Part shown: piece after piece, positions 32,626 through 42,823 of the stretch | Layout: the number at the start of each line of letters is the position of its first letter | How positions within the stretch are numbered: position 1 is the stretch's first letter | Origin: an uncultured delta proteobacterium | Lineage (GTDB): Bacteria > Myxococcota_A > Polyangia > Fen-1088 | Length of the DNA stretch: 64,000 nucleotides | NCBI GenBank assembly: GCA_963737265.1 | Contig: CAVTRY010000015.1 | Span: 32,001-96,000, forward strand | Reading direction: 5' to 3' | Position numbers and translations under genes: made by a program | The notes under the pieces: model-generated | Seen by the model: only the letters and a program-made list of their open reading frames with translations | What the model was told of the DNA's origin: nothing | Databases searched by the model: none

Positions 32626-32760
32626 CTGGCTCCCTGCTCCGGCTTGAGTAACCGATGAAACCTGCCGATTCTCGCGATCCGCGGCGCCAACCGGTTATTC
32701 GCGCGCCGGTCGGCGCCGCCGTCAGGAAGGGCACGGGACCTGCAAAGGAGAACGGGCGAG

Positions 32761-33646
32761 ATGCGAAACTTAAAGATTAGCTTTTGGGTGGTCCTCCTCG
32801 GAATCTCGGCGGCCGACTTCGCGCGGGCCGATGAATCGCTGTCCGCCCCCGGCCAGGTCACTCAGGATGGTGGCGCAACGCCGGTTGGCCCCGATGCGGG
32901 CGTCGATCGACCGCGTGACCTCGCGCCCGGCGATACCGCCTCGGCGCCCGGCGATACCGCCTCGGCCCCCGCCGATGCCGGGCTCGCAGATCCGGGCGAC
33001 GTGGTTGTCCACCCGGACGCCGGACTGGACACGGAAATTCCGCCCGAGCAGCTGGCCAAGCCCATCGTCGCGGGAGGTCCCGCCGAGCGGGCGCAGGACG
33101 TGCCGGTCATAGCGGCGCGGGCGGCGACGGTTTCGTCGGCCGGCTTGCCCCTGCTTGGCGTGATGGTCGACATCGGCGTGCCGGACGGGCTCATGGCCTC
33201 GCTGGTGGCGCGCCCGTGGCGCTGGATGCGCGTCTCGGCGGGCGGCGGCACCAACAGCATCAGCAATGGCTGGCGCGCCGGCATAAGCCTGCTGCCCTTT
33301 GCCGCCGGTCCCTCGGCCAGCCTCGAATACGGCCGCTATCAGGACGGCGATGCCAACGCCTTGGCCAAGAAATTCGTTGGCGGCAATTTCAACGGCAGCC
33401 CGGCTCTCGACCGGGTCGGCTATGAGTTCATGAACGCGCACCTCGGCCTGGATTTCGGTTCGCGCAACGTCGTCTTCTTCCTTCACGGCGGTGTGACCAT
33501 GCTGCGTGGCCGAGATCCACAACCTCAATGCCGCGATTGCCGGGGCGGGCGGCACGGCCCCGACCGAGGTGGTGGTGCGCCAGGATCCGAATTTCAAGGC
33601 CGTGGGGCCGTCGTTCAAGTTGGGTTTGCTTTGTTACATCTGGTGA
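32761..33646 (+). CDS. Hypothetical exported/outer-membrane protein, +1 frameshift near 33511
   Basis: Signal peptide; beta-strand-rich C-terminal half; restored frame ends PSFKLGLLCYIW. Confidence 0.6.
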
Positions 33647-33655
33647 GGTCAGGCG

Positions 33656-34189
33656 ATGAAACTGCGACTGCTCTGTAATCTTGTGCTGCTGGCCGCGTCC
33701 TTTGGCGCGTGCACGCCGTCGTTCGACGCGGATTTGCCCGGGGTCGAGATCACTCAGCGCGGAGTGAAGGTGCCGGCCGCGCCCGCGTCGCCGTCCGGTG
33801 GCGAGGTCGCGGTGTCGGGGAGGTTCACGCTGTCGTCGTCCGATGCCGCCTGGACCAAGCACATGAATCGCTCGGTTCAGGTCCACAGGCTGATCATCGC
33901 CCCGGGCGGGGCTCTGCCCAGCCTCGACTTCATCGCGTCCGCTCACGTGACCGTCGCCCCCAGCTCGAGCCCGGGAAACGCAACCACGATCTTGGACTAC
34001 GAGCACACCGCCGATGCACCGGTTGCTTCAGTCATCCAGGTCGACATGCCCGCCCCCATCGACATCACTACCGCCTGGACTGCCGACGCGACGGTCGTCG
34101 AGCTCGACGTCGCCGGACAACTGCCCGTCGAGGACTGGACCATCGATGTGACGCTCGAGCTGTCGGGCAAGATTGCGTACAAATACTGA
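33656..34189 (+). CDS. Hypothetical lipoprotein
   Basis: Lipobox FGAC; follows the upstream gene by 9 bp. Confidence 0.7.
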   Translation: MKLRLLCNLVLLAASFGACTPSFDADLPGVEITQRGVKVPAAPASPSGGEVAVSGRFTLSSSDAAWTKHMNRSVQVHRLIIAPGGALPSLDFIASAHVTVAPSSSPGNATTILDYEHTADAPVASVIQVDMPAPIDITTAWTADATVVELDVAGQLPVEDWTIDVTLELSGKIAYKY

Positions 34190-34220
34190 AGAACTGTCCA
34201 AAAATTGGACAGTTCTTCAG
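34186..34220. terminator. Perfect 16-bp inverted repeat (hairpin or operator)
   Basis: CTGAAGAACTGTCCAA-AAA-TTGGACAGTTCTTCAG. Confidence 0.6.
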
Positions 34221-34611
34221 CAGCCGAGCCAAGGGCTCGGCCGCAGGTGGGGTGAAGTCCGCGAATTTACTTCGCGGACGAGGGGAGGGCAGCGGCCCTC
34301 CCTTCAAAAATCTTCAAGACGGGTCCATTTATGGACACGTCTTGACCCCTAACACGTTCGGCCCGACTACCGAACAGGGGGCGCGGCTGTCGGCCGGCGA
34401 CTGTCCAGCCGCACCCTGGAAATGGCGGCCATGGTGGTGGGCCTGGCGGCGACGGCCTCGCCAATCCTCGGTCGGCGGTAAGCGACCGGCACAGGCGCTC
34501 GAAGTCGGCGCCGCGGCACGCGGTCCGCGTTTGCCCATCGTGCGTAGCGGTCGGGATTTGTACAAGCGGGCTTCAACAACGGCCCTGTCCTGGGTTAGTC
34601 TGCTTTGGCCC

Positions 34612-36153
34612 ATGTCTGATGACGAATCTCTAACGCTGTCCCGGTCAAAGTCATCGAGAATTTCTGCCCGGTTTGTTGGTGCGACCACAAAACGCACGCG
34701 CAACGGAGACCTTCGGTGGGTTGCTCAGGCTACCATCAACGGGGCTCACCTCGTATTTGGGACCTGGGCCACCGCCAAAGAGGCGGCCATCGCCTTTGAT
34801 CGGGCAGTGCTCTACTACCGAGGGCCAGAAGCGCCACGCAATTTCCCTGAACGGCGGGACTTGCTTCCCGCCGACGCCAAGCAACTACTGGAAGAAGCCC
34901 ATCGCGCCGCCAAGAAGAGACTGGAGATCCCCTACGACGGCGTCAGTAGAGCCAACGGGGAGCACTGGATCGCCAAACTGCGCGTGGATGGCCTGCCGAG
35001 GTTGCTGGGAACCTGGCCAACCGCGGAAGCCGCGGCCATCGCGTACGATCGAGCAGTCCTGACCTACTACGGCAAGACGGCTCGGCGGAACTTTCCCGAG
35101 CGGCGGCTCAAGCCCGCAGATATCGAGCAATTGCAGGCCGAGGCTCAGCAAGCGAGGGGAGTGCGCGCCAAGAGTGGGTATCTCGGTGTCTCCCCTACGC
35201 GGAGTGGGCCGAACAAGTCCTGGAAGGCTACCATTCGAATCGAGGGTAAGTACGAGCGGCTGGGTATTTGGGCTAGCGCCAAGGAAGCGGCCGAGGCCTA
35301 CGATCGAGCCGTGCTCGCGGTTCGCGGGAAAAAGGCTGCTCGGAACTTTCCCGAACGACGATTGCACCCAACCGACGCCGCGCAACTGCGGGCAGAAGCT
35401 CATCATTTGAACAGGTCTCGTATGAGCAGCCAACACTATGGTGTTGGCCTTACGATGGGTGGCTGGAAGGCGATGATCGGAAGTCACTTCCTCGGAAATT
35501 GGCAGAGCGAGGAAAAGGCAGCCGAGGCATGTGACCGAGCCATGCTGTTCTTAGGTGTCCCCACGGAGAAGCTGAACTTCCCGTCTCGTCCTCCTGTACC
35601 GGCCAGCCCATCGGATCTACGGCTGGAGGCTCGTCAAGACAGAAAGAGATGCAGCAATGCCTACACCAGTCACTATCTTGGCGTGTCCTACAACCCCGCC
35701 AATGGGGAGCGTTCATGGCAGGCGACGCTGTGGCGCGGTGGCAAGCAGCGGAACCTGGGCCATTGGAAAAGTGAAGCTGACGCGGCAAGGGTGCATGACC
35801 GAGCCGTCCGCTACTTCATGCCGGGAAAACTGCCTCTCAACTTTCCCGACGAAGACAATCCGCCAGCGAACGCGGCCACTCTTCGCGCCGAGGCCTTTCG
35901 CGAAGGCAGGGCTAGATACAGCTCCTCTTTTCGCGGGGTGCACTATGAAGAAGCAAATCGATGCTGGATAGCAACGATTACCCATCGCTATTCGCACATC
36001 TGGCTTGGGCGATTTGCCAACGAACACAAAGCTGCCCTTGCCTTCGATAAGAAGGCCATCGAGCTACGCGGTCCGGAAGCGCGTCTCAACTTCGACCCGC
36101 GGACAGGCAAGCGGATCTGGGGACAGCGAGTGCGCGAACTGAGGAGCCGCTGA
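34612..36153 (+). CDS. Protein made of six tandem AP2/ERF-like DNA-binding domains
   Basis: Six YxGV...WxA...LGxW/F...EAAxAYDRA...NFP units, each followed by a PADxxxLRxEA-like linker; no nuclease or integrase domain seen. Confidence 0.85.
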   Translation: MSDDESLTLSRSKSSRISARFVGATTKRTRNGDLRWVAQATINGAHLVFGTWATAKEAAIAFDRAVLYYRGPEAPRNFPERRDLLPADAKQLLEEAHRAAKKRLEIPYDGVSRANGEHWIAKLRVDGLPRLLGTWPTAEAAAIAYDRAVLTYYGKTARRNFPERRLKPADIEQLQAEAQQARGVRAKSGYLGVSPTRSGPNKSWKATIRIEGKYERLGIWASAKEAAEAYDRAVLAVRGKKAARNFPERRLHPTDAAQLRAEAHHLNRSRMSSQHYGVGLTMGGWKAMIGSHFLGNWQSEEKAAEACDRAMLFLGVPTEKLNFPSRPPVPASPSDLRLEARQDRKRCSNAYTSHYLGVSYNPANGERSWQATLWRGGKQRNLGHWKSEADAARVHDRAVRYFMPGKLPLNFPDEDNPPANAATLRAEAFREGRARYSSSFRGVHYEEANRCWIATITHRYSHIWLGRFANEHKAALAFDKKAIELRGPEARLNFDPRTGKRIWGQRVRELRSR

Positions 36154-36254
36154 GCATTCGGCTCATAGTTGCCGGCGGCTAAGCCCGCCGCTCCGGCGAA
36201 GAAAAAGAAGTGAACGCTCGCGGCCCAACAACTTCATCTGAAAGGACTTTACGC

Positions 36255-36548
36255 ATGAGTAATGGAACCGCCGCCTTTGTCATCGTTGCTGCAATCGGGT
36301 TCGCCTGCTCCCACCTGCAACAGAAGCCACCGACCGTCGCGCCACAGCAGGCGCCCGCTCCGAGACGGACTGCCGCGAGCACGTCCCCGACCACTGTGGC
36401 GAACGGCAGCTCTGCATCCGATCTCGATGCGTCGACATCAGGCCCGGTCTCCCCGAGTGCAGTACGGCGCGCATCCATTTCGATTTCAACCAAGCTGACA
36501 TCCACCCGGACGAGACAGCGAAACTCCAGCGCATGGGACGTTGTTTGA
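36255..36548 (+). pseudogene. Short lipoprotein-like ORF or fragment
   Basis: AAGGA RBS, lipobox GFAC, low-complexity tail. Confidence 0.3.
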
Positions 36549-36991
36549 AGGCCGACCATGCGCTTCACGTTACTATTGAGGGCAACGCACACGAGCGGGA
36601 ACCGAGGACTGGAACCTCGCACTCGGCGACGTGCCGAAGAGCCCGAGGATAATGACCAACCCGGTTGCGGCGCGGATAAGGCGCTCAGCAAGCAGCACCG
36701 GCCGAAGATCGGACTGAAAGCGGTCGTTGATAATTGCCTGGGTGTCAACACTGGCCGCTACCCCGAAAAGCAGAAGGGTCGAGGAAACGGTTAGCCAGGA
36801 ATGGGTTCTGCCAGAGTGACTTTCTGATTGCATGCTCGAAACGCGGCAGCAAGCGACGTGCCACGGTCAGAACATGGGTCGGAGTCGAGATCGCCAGCCT
36901 TCACACCGAGGCAATTCGCCACGCGTGGCAAGTTGTCACGTGGCGACCGGCGAGATTCCGAGTTTTCGCGGTCGTTTCCATGCGGAGAGGG

Positions 36992-37007
36992 TGGCATACG
37001 CCTTGCT
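36992..37007 (+). promoter_or_regulatory. Sigma54 (-24/-12) promoter upstream of the two-component operon
   Basis: TGGCAT-ACGCC-TTGCT with exact GG-N10-GC spacing. Confidence 0.75.
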
Positions 37008-37175
37008 GACTGGGGTGCTCATGCGTTCGAGATTCGATTGCCCGCCAGTCATCGGATTGGGGGCGTCTCGAACGCCGGAATCAACTGCCCTCGAACTTCC
37101 CCATCCATCGCGGCCTCTTTTTCGCGTCGGCATCTTTCCACGTCGGGCACATCATCCGGGTAGGATGGCCGGGCC

Positions 37176-38687
37176 ATGAAACTCGCGGCCAAGCTAACCG
37201 CCTTCATCCTGGCCGCCATGCTTTTGGTTTTCGCCGTGCGCGGCTATCAGGCCGCGCGCCGGCAGATGGTGAACGCCGAGACCAGGGCGCGTGAGAACTC
37301 GCTCTTGCTTGGACGCGCGTTGCGCCCGGCCCTGGCCGAAATTTGGAGCCAGGAGGGGCCGGCGTTGGCCTTGGAAATGCTCTCCTATGCGGCGGATCGC
37401 GTGCGCCGAACCCAACAGCTCGATTTGCGTTTCGTGCGCACCTCCTCTGGCAAGGGGACCGGGGTACAGCCGCTTGTGCGCCCAGAGCAGCTGGCAGGTC
37501 TCGATGTGGACGACGAGCGGGTTTTTGTCGAGAAAGTGGCCGGGAATGAGACCCTGCTCACCTACTTGCCCGTGGTCGTTGGCAATCAGCAAGTGGGCGC
37601 GCTGGAGGTTTCTGGCCCGCTCACCGAGCGTGACAACGAGTTTCGGGCCGAGATCATGCAAATCTTGGGGCGCACTGCACTGGCGGCACTGGCTGCCTTC
37701 ATTGCTGTTGGGGTTGCTGGTATCTTCTTCGTGGGGCGCCCCATGCGATTGCTCGTGGCCAAGGCGAGACGGATAGGTGCCGGGGATCTTTCCCAGCCTC
37801 TTGAGCTCAAGCAAAGAGACGAGGTCGGCGAGCTTGCGGCCGAAATCAATCAGATGTGCGAGCGGCTGGCGGCGGCCCAGGCGCGGGTCGAAGAGGAAAC
37901 CAACCAACGAATAGCGACGGCCGAGCAGCTTCGCCACGCCGATCGGTTGACCACGGTTGGTAAGTTGGCTTCGGGTGTGGCGCACGAGCTGGGCACGCCT
38001 CTCAACGTGGTTTCCGGCCGCGCCAAGATGATCACGCGCGGCCAGGTCACGGGCGCCGAGCTGGTCGAAAGCGCACAAGCCATTGTCGACCAAGCCGACC
38101 GCATGACCAACATCATCAAGCAACTGCTGGGATTCGCCCGACGACGCCAACCCCAACGTCGGAAAGAGAGCCTTCGGGGCGTGGTGGATCGTACCCTGGC
38201 GCTGCTCCACCCGATGGCGCAAAAGTCGGATCTATTGCTTTCAAAACCAATCACAGCCGAACCAGAACCCTTCGCAGAGATCGACGTTGGTCTCATCGAG
38301 CAAGCCCTGACCAACCTGGTCGTCAACGCCATTCAGGCCATGCCCAAAGGCGGCGTCCTCACCATTCACTCCTGCGAAGAGGTTGTCTCGCCGCCCGTGG
38401 GCGTGCCCGCCACCGCAGGCGGGTATGCTTGCCTACATGTCGAGGACACTGGCGGCGGCATGACCAGCGAGCAGCTTCGCCATGCCTTCGAGCCCTTCTT
38501 CACTACCAAAGAAGTGGGCAGCGGGACTGGCCTCGGACTTTCGGTCGCCCACGGTATCGTTCGCGATCACGGCGGCTGGATCGCCGCGACCAGCGCGGTA
38601 GACAAGGGAAGCCGCTTCTCGATGTATCTGCCCTCGATTCACAAACCGGAAACACCTAATGAACAAGTCGATTCTGATCGTGGATGA
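37176..38687 (+). CDS. HAMP-domain sensor histidine kinase
   Basis: Two TM segments, HAMP, AHELGTPLN, NLVVNA, DTGGG, FFTTK, GTGLGL. Confidence 0.95.
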   Translation: MKLAAKLTAFILAAMLLVFAVRGYQAARRQMVNAETRARENSLLLGRALRPALAEIWSQEGPALALEMLSYAADRVRRTQQLDLRFVRTSSGKGTGVQPLVRPEQLAGLDVDDERVFVEKVAGNETLLTYLPVVVGNQQVGALEVSGPLTERDNEFRAEIMQILGRTALAALAAFIAVGVAGIFFVGRPMRLLVAKARRIGAGDLSQPLELKQRDEVGELAAEINQMCERLAAAQARVEEETNQRIATAEQLRHADRLTTVGKLASGVAHELGTPLNVVSGRAKMITRGQVTGAELVESAQAIVDQADRMTNIIKQLLGFARRRQPQRRKESLRGVVDRTLALLHPMAQKSDLLLSKPITAEPEPFAEIDVGLIEQALTNLVVNAIQAMPKGGVLTIHSCEEVVSPPVGVPATAGGYACLHVEDTGGGMTSEQLRHAFEPFFTTKEVGSGTGLGLSVAHGIVRDHGGWIAATSAVDKGSRFSMYLPSIHKPETPNEQVDSDRG

Positions 38688-40021
38688 CGACGCGGCCCTG
38701 TGCCGGCTGGTCGTCGATGGCCTCGGTCGCGAGGGATTCGAGGTGCGCAGCGCGACCTCGCCCGAGGAGGCTCTGGCCGCCATGGCGAGCGGCGATTTCG
38801 ATGCGGCGTTGGTCGACATCAACATGCCCCAGATGAACGGATTGGACTTGAGTCGCCGCCTCTTGGATCAGCGGCCGGACTTGCCCATCGTCGTCATCAC
38901 GGCGTTCGGCTGCCTGGAGACGGCTATCGCCGCCATCCGCGCCGGGGCATACGATTTCGTCACCAAGCCATTCGAGATCGAACAGCTCGTGGTGGCAGCC
39001 GACCGCGCCTGCCAGACCCACAAGCTTCGCGAGGAGGTCCGCCGGTTGCGCGAGGTGGTGATGTCTCCGCCGCCGTTCGCCGACATCCTCGGCGAATCGG
39101 CCGAAATTCGCCGGCTGTGCCACGTCATCGACGCCGTCGCGCAAACGGATTCCACGGTGTTGGTGACGGGCGAAAGCGGCACGGGCAAAGAGCTCGTGGC
39201 CCGTGCCCTGCACGAACGCGGTCCGCGCAAGGCGGGGCCATTCGTGGCCATGAACTGCGCGGCCATGACCGACACGTTGCTCGAGAGCGAGCTCTTCGGC
39301 CATGCCCGTGGCGCTTTTACGGATGCCAAGGACACCCGCGTCGGTCTCTTCGTGAAGGCGGGCACGGGAACACTTTTCCTCGACGAGATCGGCGACATGC
39401 CCGCGGGCATGCAAGCCAAAATGCTGCGCGCCCTCGAAACGCGCATGGTGCGCCCGGTGGGCAGCGACAGCGAAGTTCCCTTTCGGGCCCGGATTGTCGC
39501 CGCCACCAACCGGGATCTGGAGAGCGAAGTCGAAGACGGGCATTTCAGGCAAGACCTATACTTTCGGGTCAACGTCATCCGCATCCCGGTCCCGTCTTTG
39601 CGTTCGCGCGGGGGTGACATCTTGATCCTGGCGCAAAACTTCGCGCTCAAGTTGGCCAAGCGTCTAGACAAGAAGGTAACCGGCATTTCTGTGCCTGCGG
39701 CGGAGCGGTTGCTCGCGTACCCATGGCCAGGCAACGTGCGCGAGCTTCAGAACGCCATCGAGCGCTCCGTGGCAATGACACGTTTTGAGGTGATCGTCGT
39801 CGAGGATTTGCCCGAGACCGTGCGCAGCTACCGACGATCGCCCCTGCTACCATCGGGCGAGGACACCTCCGACTTCTTGCCCATGCACGAGGTCGAAAAG
39901 CGCTACATCCTGCGGGTTCTCGATGCCAGTGGCTGGAAACAAGACTTCCGCCGCGCAGATCCTAGGTTTCGATCGCCGCACCATGTATCGCAAGCTAGAG
40001 CGTTTCGACAAAAGCAAGTAG
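38659..40021 (+). CDS. NtrC-family sigma54 response regulator, +1 frameshift near 39934 in the HTH
   Basis: REC (IVDDD, DINMP), [22 protein letters not shown]; restored frame gives GNKTSAAQILGFDRRTMYRKL. Confidence 0.9.
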
Positions 40022-40699
40022 TCGCACTTTGGCAGTCCCTCTCGCAGGCCTCGCGCGATAATCTCGCCAGGGGCCGAATGTTCGCATGCTCCAGTGATGG
40101 CCTCGAACATGGCTCCTGCGATCAGTACAAGCTGCCAGCAGCCGTTTCCGTCCGACGCGCCACGGTGCCCGGCGCGCTGCATTGCGCTGGGTCCATCTCG
40201 TCGCGTGCGTCGGTCGGGCCTGCGTGGGCGATGAACAAGTGGTCGGCTTGGCGTAGACGGCGAGGTGTGCGAAGTCGCCCAGGCCGGCGATCTTGTTGCG
40301 AACAATCGGCGCCAACGGGTGAGGCGTGTCGCGCGTAGATCGCTCGCAGACCGGCCCATGCCTTTTGTTTCCGGTTTGGTCATGCTGCTTTCGCCTCCTG
40401 GCTAGTCGCCTGCGTGACAAAGCAACTGAACGTCCAGCACAACGGCTTTTTGTTACGCATGTTCCAGCGCGCGCCAAATGTCATATGTGTGCCGCAAGCT
40501 CGTGGTCGAGCGGAAACTCTTGCGTCGCAAGCAGCGGCGTCAAAGCACCCGGAAGTGTGACTCTATCTGATTGACCCACGAGGCGTGTAGTGGAGGTGGA
40601 AGCGCCCGCCGTGGCGCTAGTTGAATTGCTACCAGCGCTCACCTTTTTTGGATGTTGAGACTGTCGAGCGTGCTGTGGGTATCACCTAATGGGTTATCG

Positions 40700-40990
40700 C
40701 GCGGCCACCGCGACCATGTGCCGTTCTATGTACCCCCTTCCGCGTAGGGCTGCATGCGGCAACGACCTCGCCGGTCTCCACGTTGACCGTCGACAGCAGC
40801 GACTGCGTGCCGTGACGGATGGATGTACTCGAACTTCTGGAGCGCCAGGCGCCCGGGGTAAGAAGGCCGGTCGGGGTGGGTGCCTGCGCTCAAGACCGCC
40901 TGCATGCCCGGCTTCTCGTCGAAGCTCACCACGATGCTGCCTGGTGGCGGCTGATCGAGGCAGCCGGGCCGCGCCCAAGCATGCGTTCTG
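40700..40990 (-). mobile_element. IS630-family transposase remnant
   Basis: PPPGSIVVSFDEKPGMQA, LERRHP and FEY fragments across shifted frames. Confidence 0.7.
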
Positions 40991-41144
40991 CGCCAGCTCG
41001 GAAGGCGACGAAGGTGCGGTAGCGGATGCAAAAGTGCATAGCGGTCGAATCGTCAGTGGCGTGGGACGATTGGGGCTGGGCGGCAATAGGTGGTTGCGGG
41101 ACAACATAGTGCTCGCCGAACCTCTCGCAGAGATCGGCGAGACA

Positions 41145-41696
41145 TCAGAAGGATCCGTGCAGAACCGTGCCCATGAAACCCGGGCTGGTGGCGGGAAGAA
41201 GCGTCAGCGACGACGCGGCTTTGTGATTTTGCCTATATGCCAAGTAGTAGAGGAACGCGCCGCCTGCCAGGCAGGCCGTGCCGACGCCATAGCCGACCCA
41301 GGCGAAGGTTACGTAGGTCGGTCGCGTAGACGCTTCACCCTGGTGAAATGTTGGTGAAGTCTGCAGATCGCTGGCCAAGCTGTTGGCTTTCAAATTCAGG
41401 AGTATGCCCGTGGTGATGCTGGCCACGCCCACGGCCGTGGCCACGATGGTCCCGGTGCGCATCCCGGAGCGAGACGTAGCAGGCGCTGCGGACATGGTTT
41501 GGCCAGCCTGTGTCGGTTGCGCAGGCGCCGCGGTCGTTGGCTGCGCGGAGGGCATCGCCGGGTTCGAAGTTTCCGCGGTTGCCTTCTGGGTTCCGAGCAC
41601 GAATAGCAGGGCAAGTGCAAGAAATCGCACGATGTAGCGAGGCACAGGTAGCGCCAGTGCGCGCGCTGGTCGGTTCGGCCAGCAGAATGAATGCAT
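41145..41696 (-). CDS. Hypothetical exported/membrane protein resembling the C-terminal module of 60626-61413
   Basis: Signal peptide, Pro/Ala linker, VGYGVG...LY hydrophobic hairpin, C-terminal GSF. Confidence 0.6.
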   Translation of the reverse strand: MHSFCWPNRPARALALPVPRYIVRFLALALLFVLGTQKATAETSNPAMPSAQPTTAAPAQPTQAGQTMSAAPATSRSGMRTGTIVATAVGVASITTGILLNLKANSLASDLQTSPTFHQGEASTRPTYVTFAWVGYGVGTACLAGGAFLYYLAYRQNHKAASSLTLLPATSPGFMGTVLHGSF

Positions 41697-42059
41697 GACA
41701 GCAGTTTCTCCTCAAAAACAGTCGGAAGGCAAGAAGTACCTTTCGTCTTTCGTACACCCAACCCTGCTGTGTGTGCAGACCTTTCGCACAAACACGTACG
41801 CAAGAGCGGCATGCCCAATATCATTGAGGTTTTGGCTGGCCAGGTGAGCTATGAGGGGTGATGCTTTGGCAATGCTTGACACCTCCCCGACCGCCTCACT
41901 GACGCGCTGCGCGTACGACCACCGTCTCTGGAATCAAGTCGTTGAAGATGCGCAGGACTTGGCCGAGTAATTGCCCATCGAAGGCCAACGGAAATCTCAG
42001 CGAGAAGGGCAGCGTAACTAGGGCCTGCCCGCCCTGCCCCTGCCCCACGCGGCTTCGCC

Positions 42060-42436
42060 GCGCCCGTCGCAAATTGTCGGATAGGCACTTCGGGCAGCAG
42101 GTGGTCGACCAGAGTCAGGGCGCCCGCGTTCATGCGTCTGCCGCCGCAGCTCGGACAGAATCCGCGACCTTTACAGGACCAAGCGACCGCATACCGCTCG
42201 TGGCAGGTCTTGCACAAAAGTTGTGCGAAGCCTCGCGCGAGGATTCCACGGCCTTGGAAGTCGTGTAGCTCGTCGGTGACGAAGCTGGGCAGCGTGCGGC
42301 CGTCGGACTTGTCGGTCCACTCTTGCTCGAAGGTCAGAAGGTGCTGCTGGAGCACCTGGAAAAGGGCAGTCTTTTCCGGCTCCCGGCGGGCATAGGTGTA
42401 ACCGGTCGCAGGTTTTGCGCATGCCGCTGCTTCCAC
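42060..42436 (-). mobile_element. IS91-family (rolling-circle) transposase remnant, zinc-binding N-terminus only
   Basis: YARREPEKTALFQV, GILARGFA, CKTC, SCKGRGFCPSCGGRRM, LPEVPIRQ; no HUH/Y2 domain follows. Confidence 0.8.
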
Positions 42437-42573
42437 GAAGGAGGATGTCGGTCAGCAGGTCGTGGAAGTTGCTTGCAGCCGGGGCCGGCTTCCACCCAGC
42501 GCGGGCGTCTCGGTGGATTTCTACTCGGCCGTCGTCAATCCGACCCTCCCCTCAACGGCAGCATCACGTCCGC

Positions 42574-42823
42574 CCGGCGTCGAAGACGGTTCGACCCTGC
42601 GGATGACCGGGCGGGGCGAGGCCGCGCCAGGCAACGGCCAGCCTGGCAACCTCTACGTCACTTAGCTGCCAGCGCGGGCGGCGACCAGATCGAGCCGCCC
42701 GGCGAGCGCAGCAGTTTCTGGCGCAAGAAGCGCAAGTAAATCGCCGCTATTTCTTCTTCGCGTTCTTCGTCGGCGTAGCGCTCTTGGCGGGGCTCGTCGG
42801 CTTCTTCCCGTCGGGCTTCGTGA
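42574..42823 (+). repeat. Right copy of junction duplication 3 (dead dnaJ 3' part with ~290-bp internal deletion plus live slt 3' end)
   Basis: Re-encodes [15 protein letters not shown] and [20 protein letters not shown]. Confidence 0.9.

Noticed and set aside
33709-34611. 814-aa extended N-terminus of the AP2 protein
   Set aside because: The upstream part overlaps the lipoprotein gene in another frame and non-coding hairpins; ATG 34612 is the plausible start
32241-42573. Prophage, ICE or integron interpretation of the island
   Set aside because: No integrase, phage structural genes, relaxase or repeated attC-like sites were found
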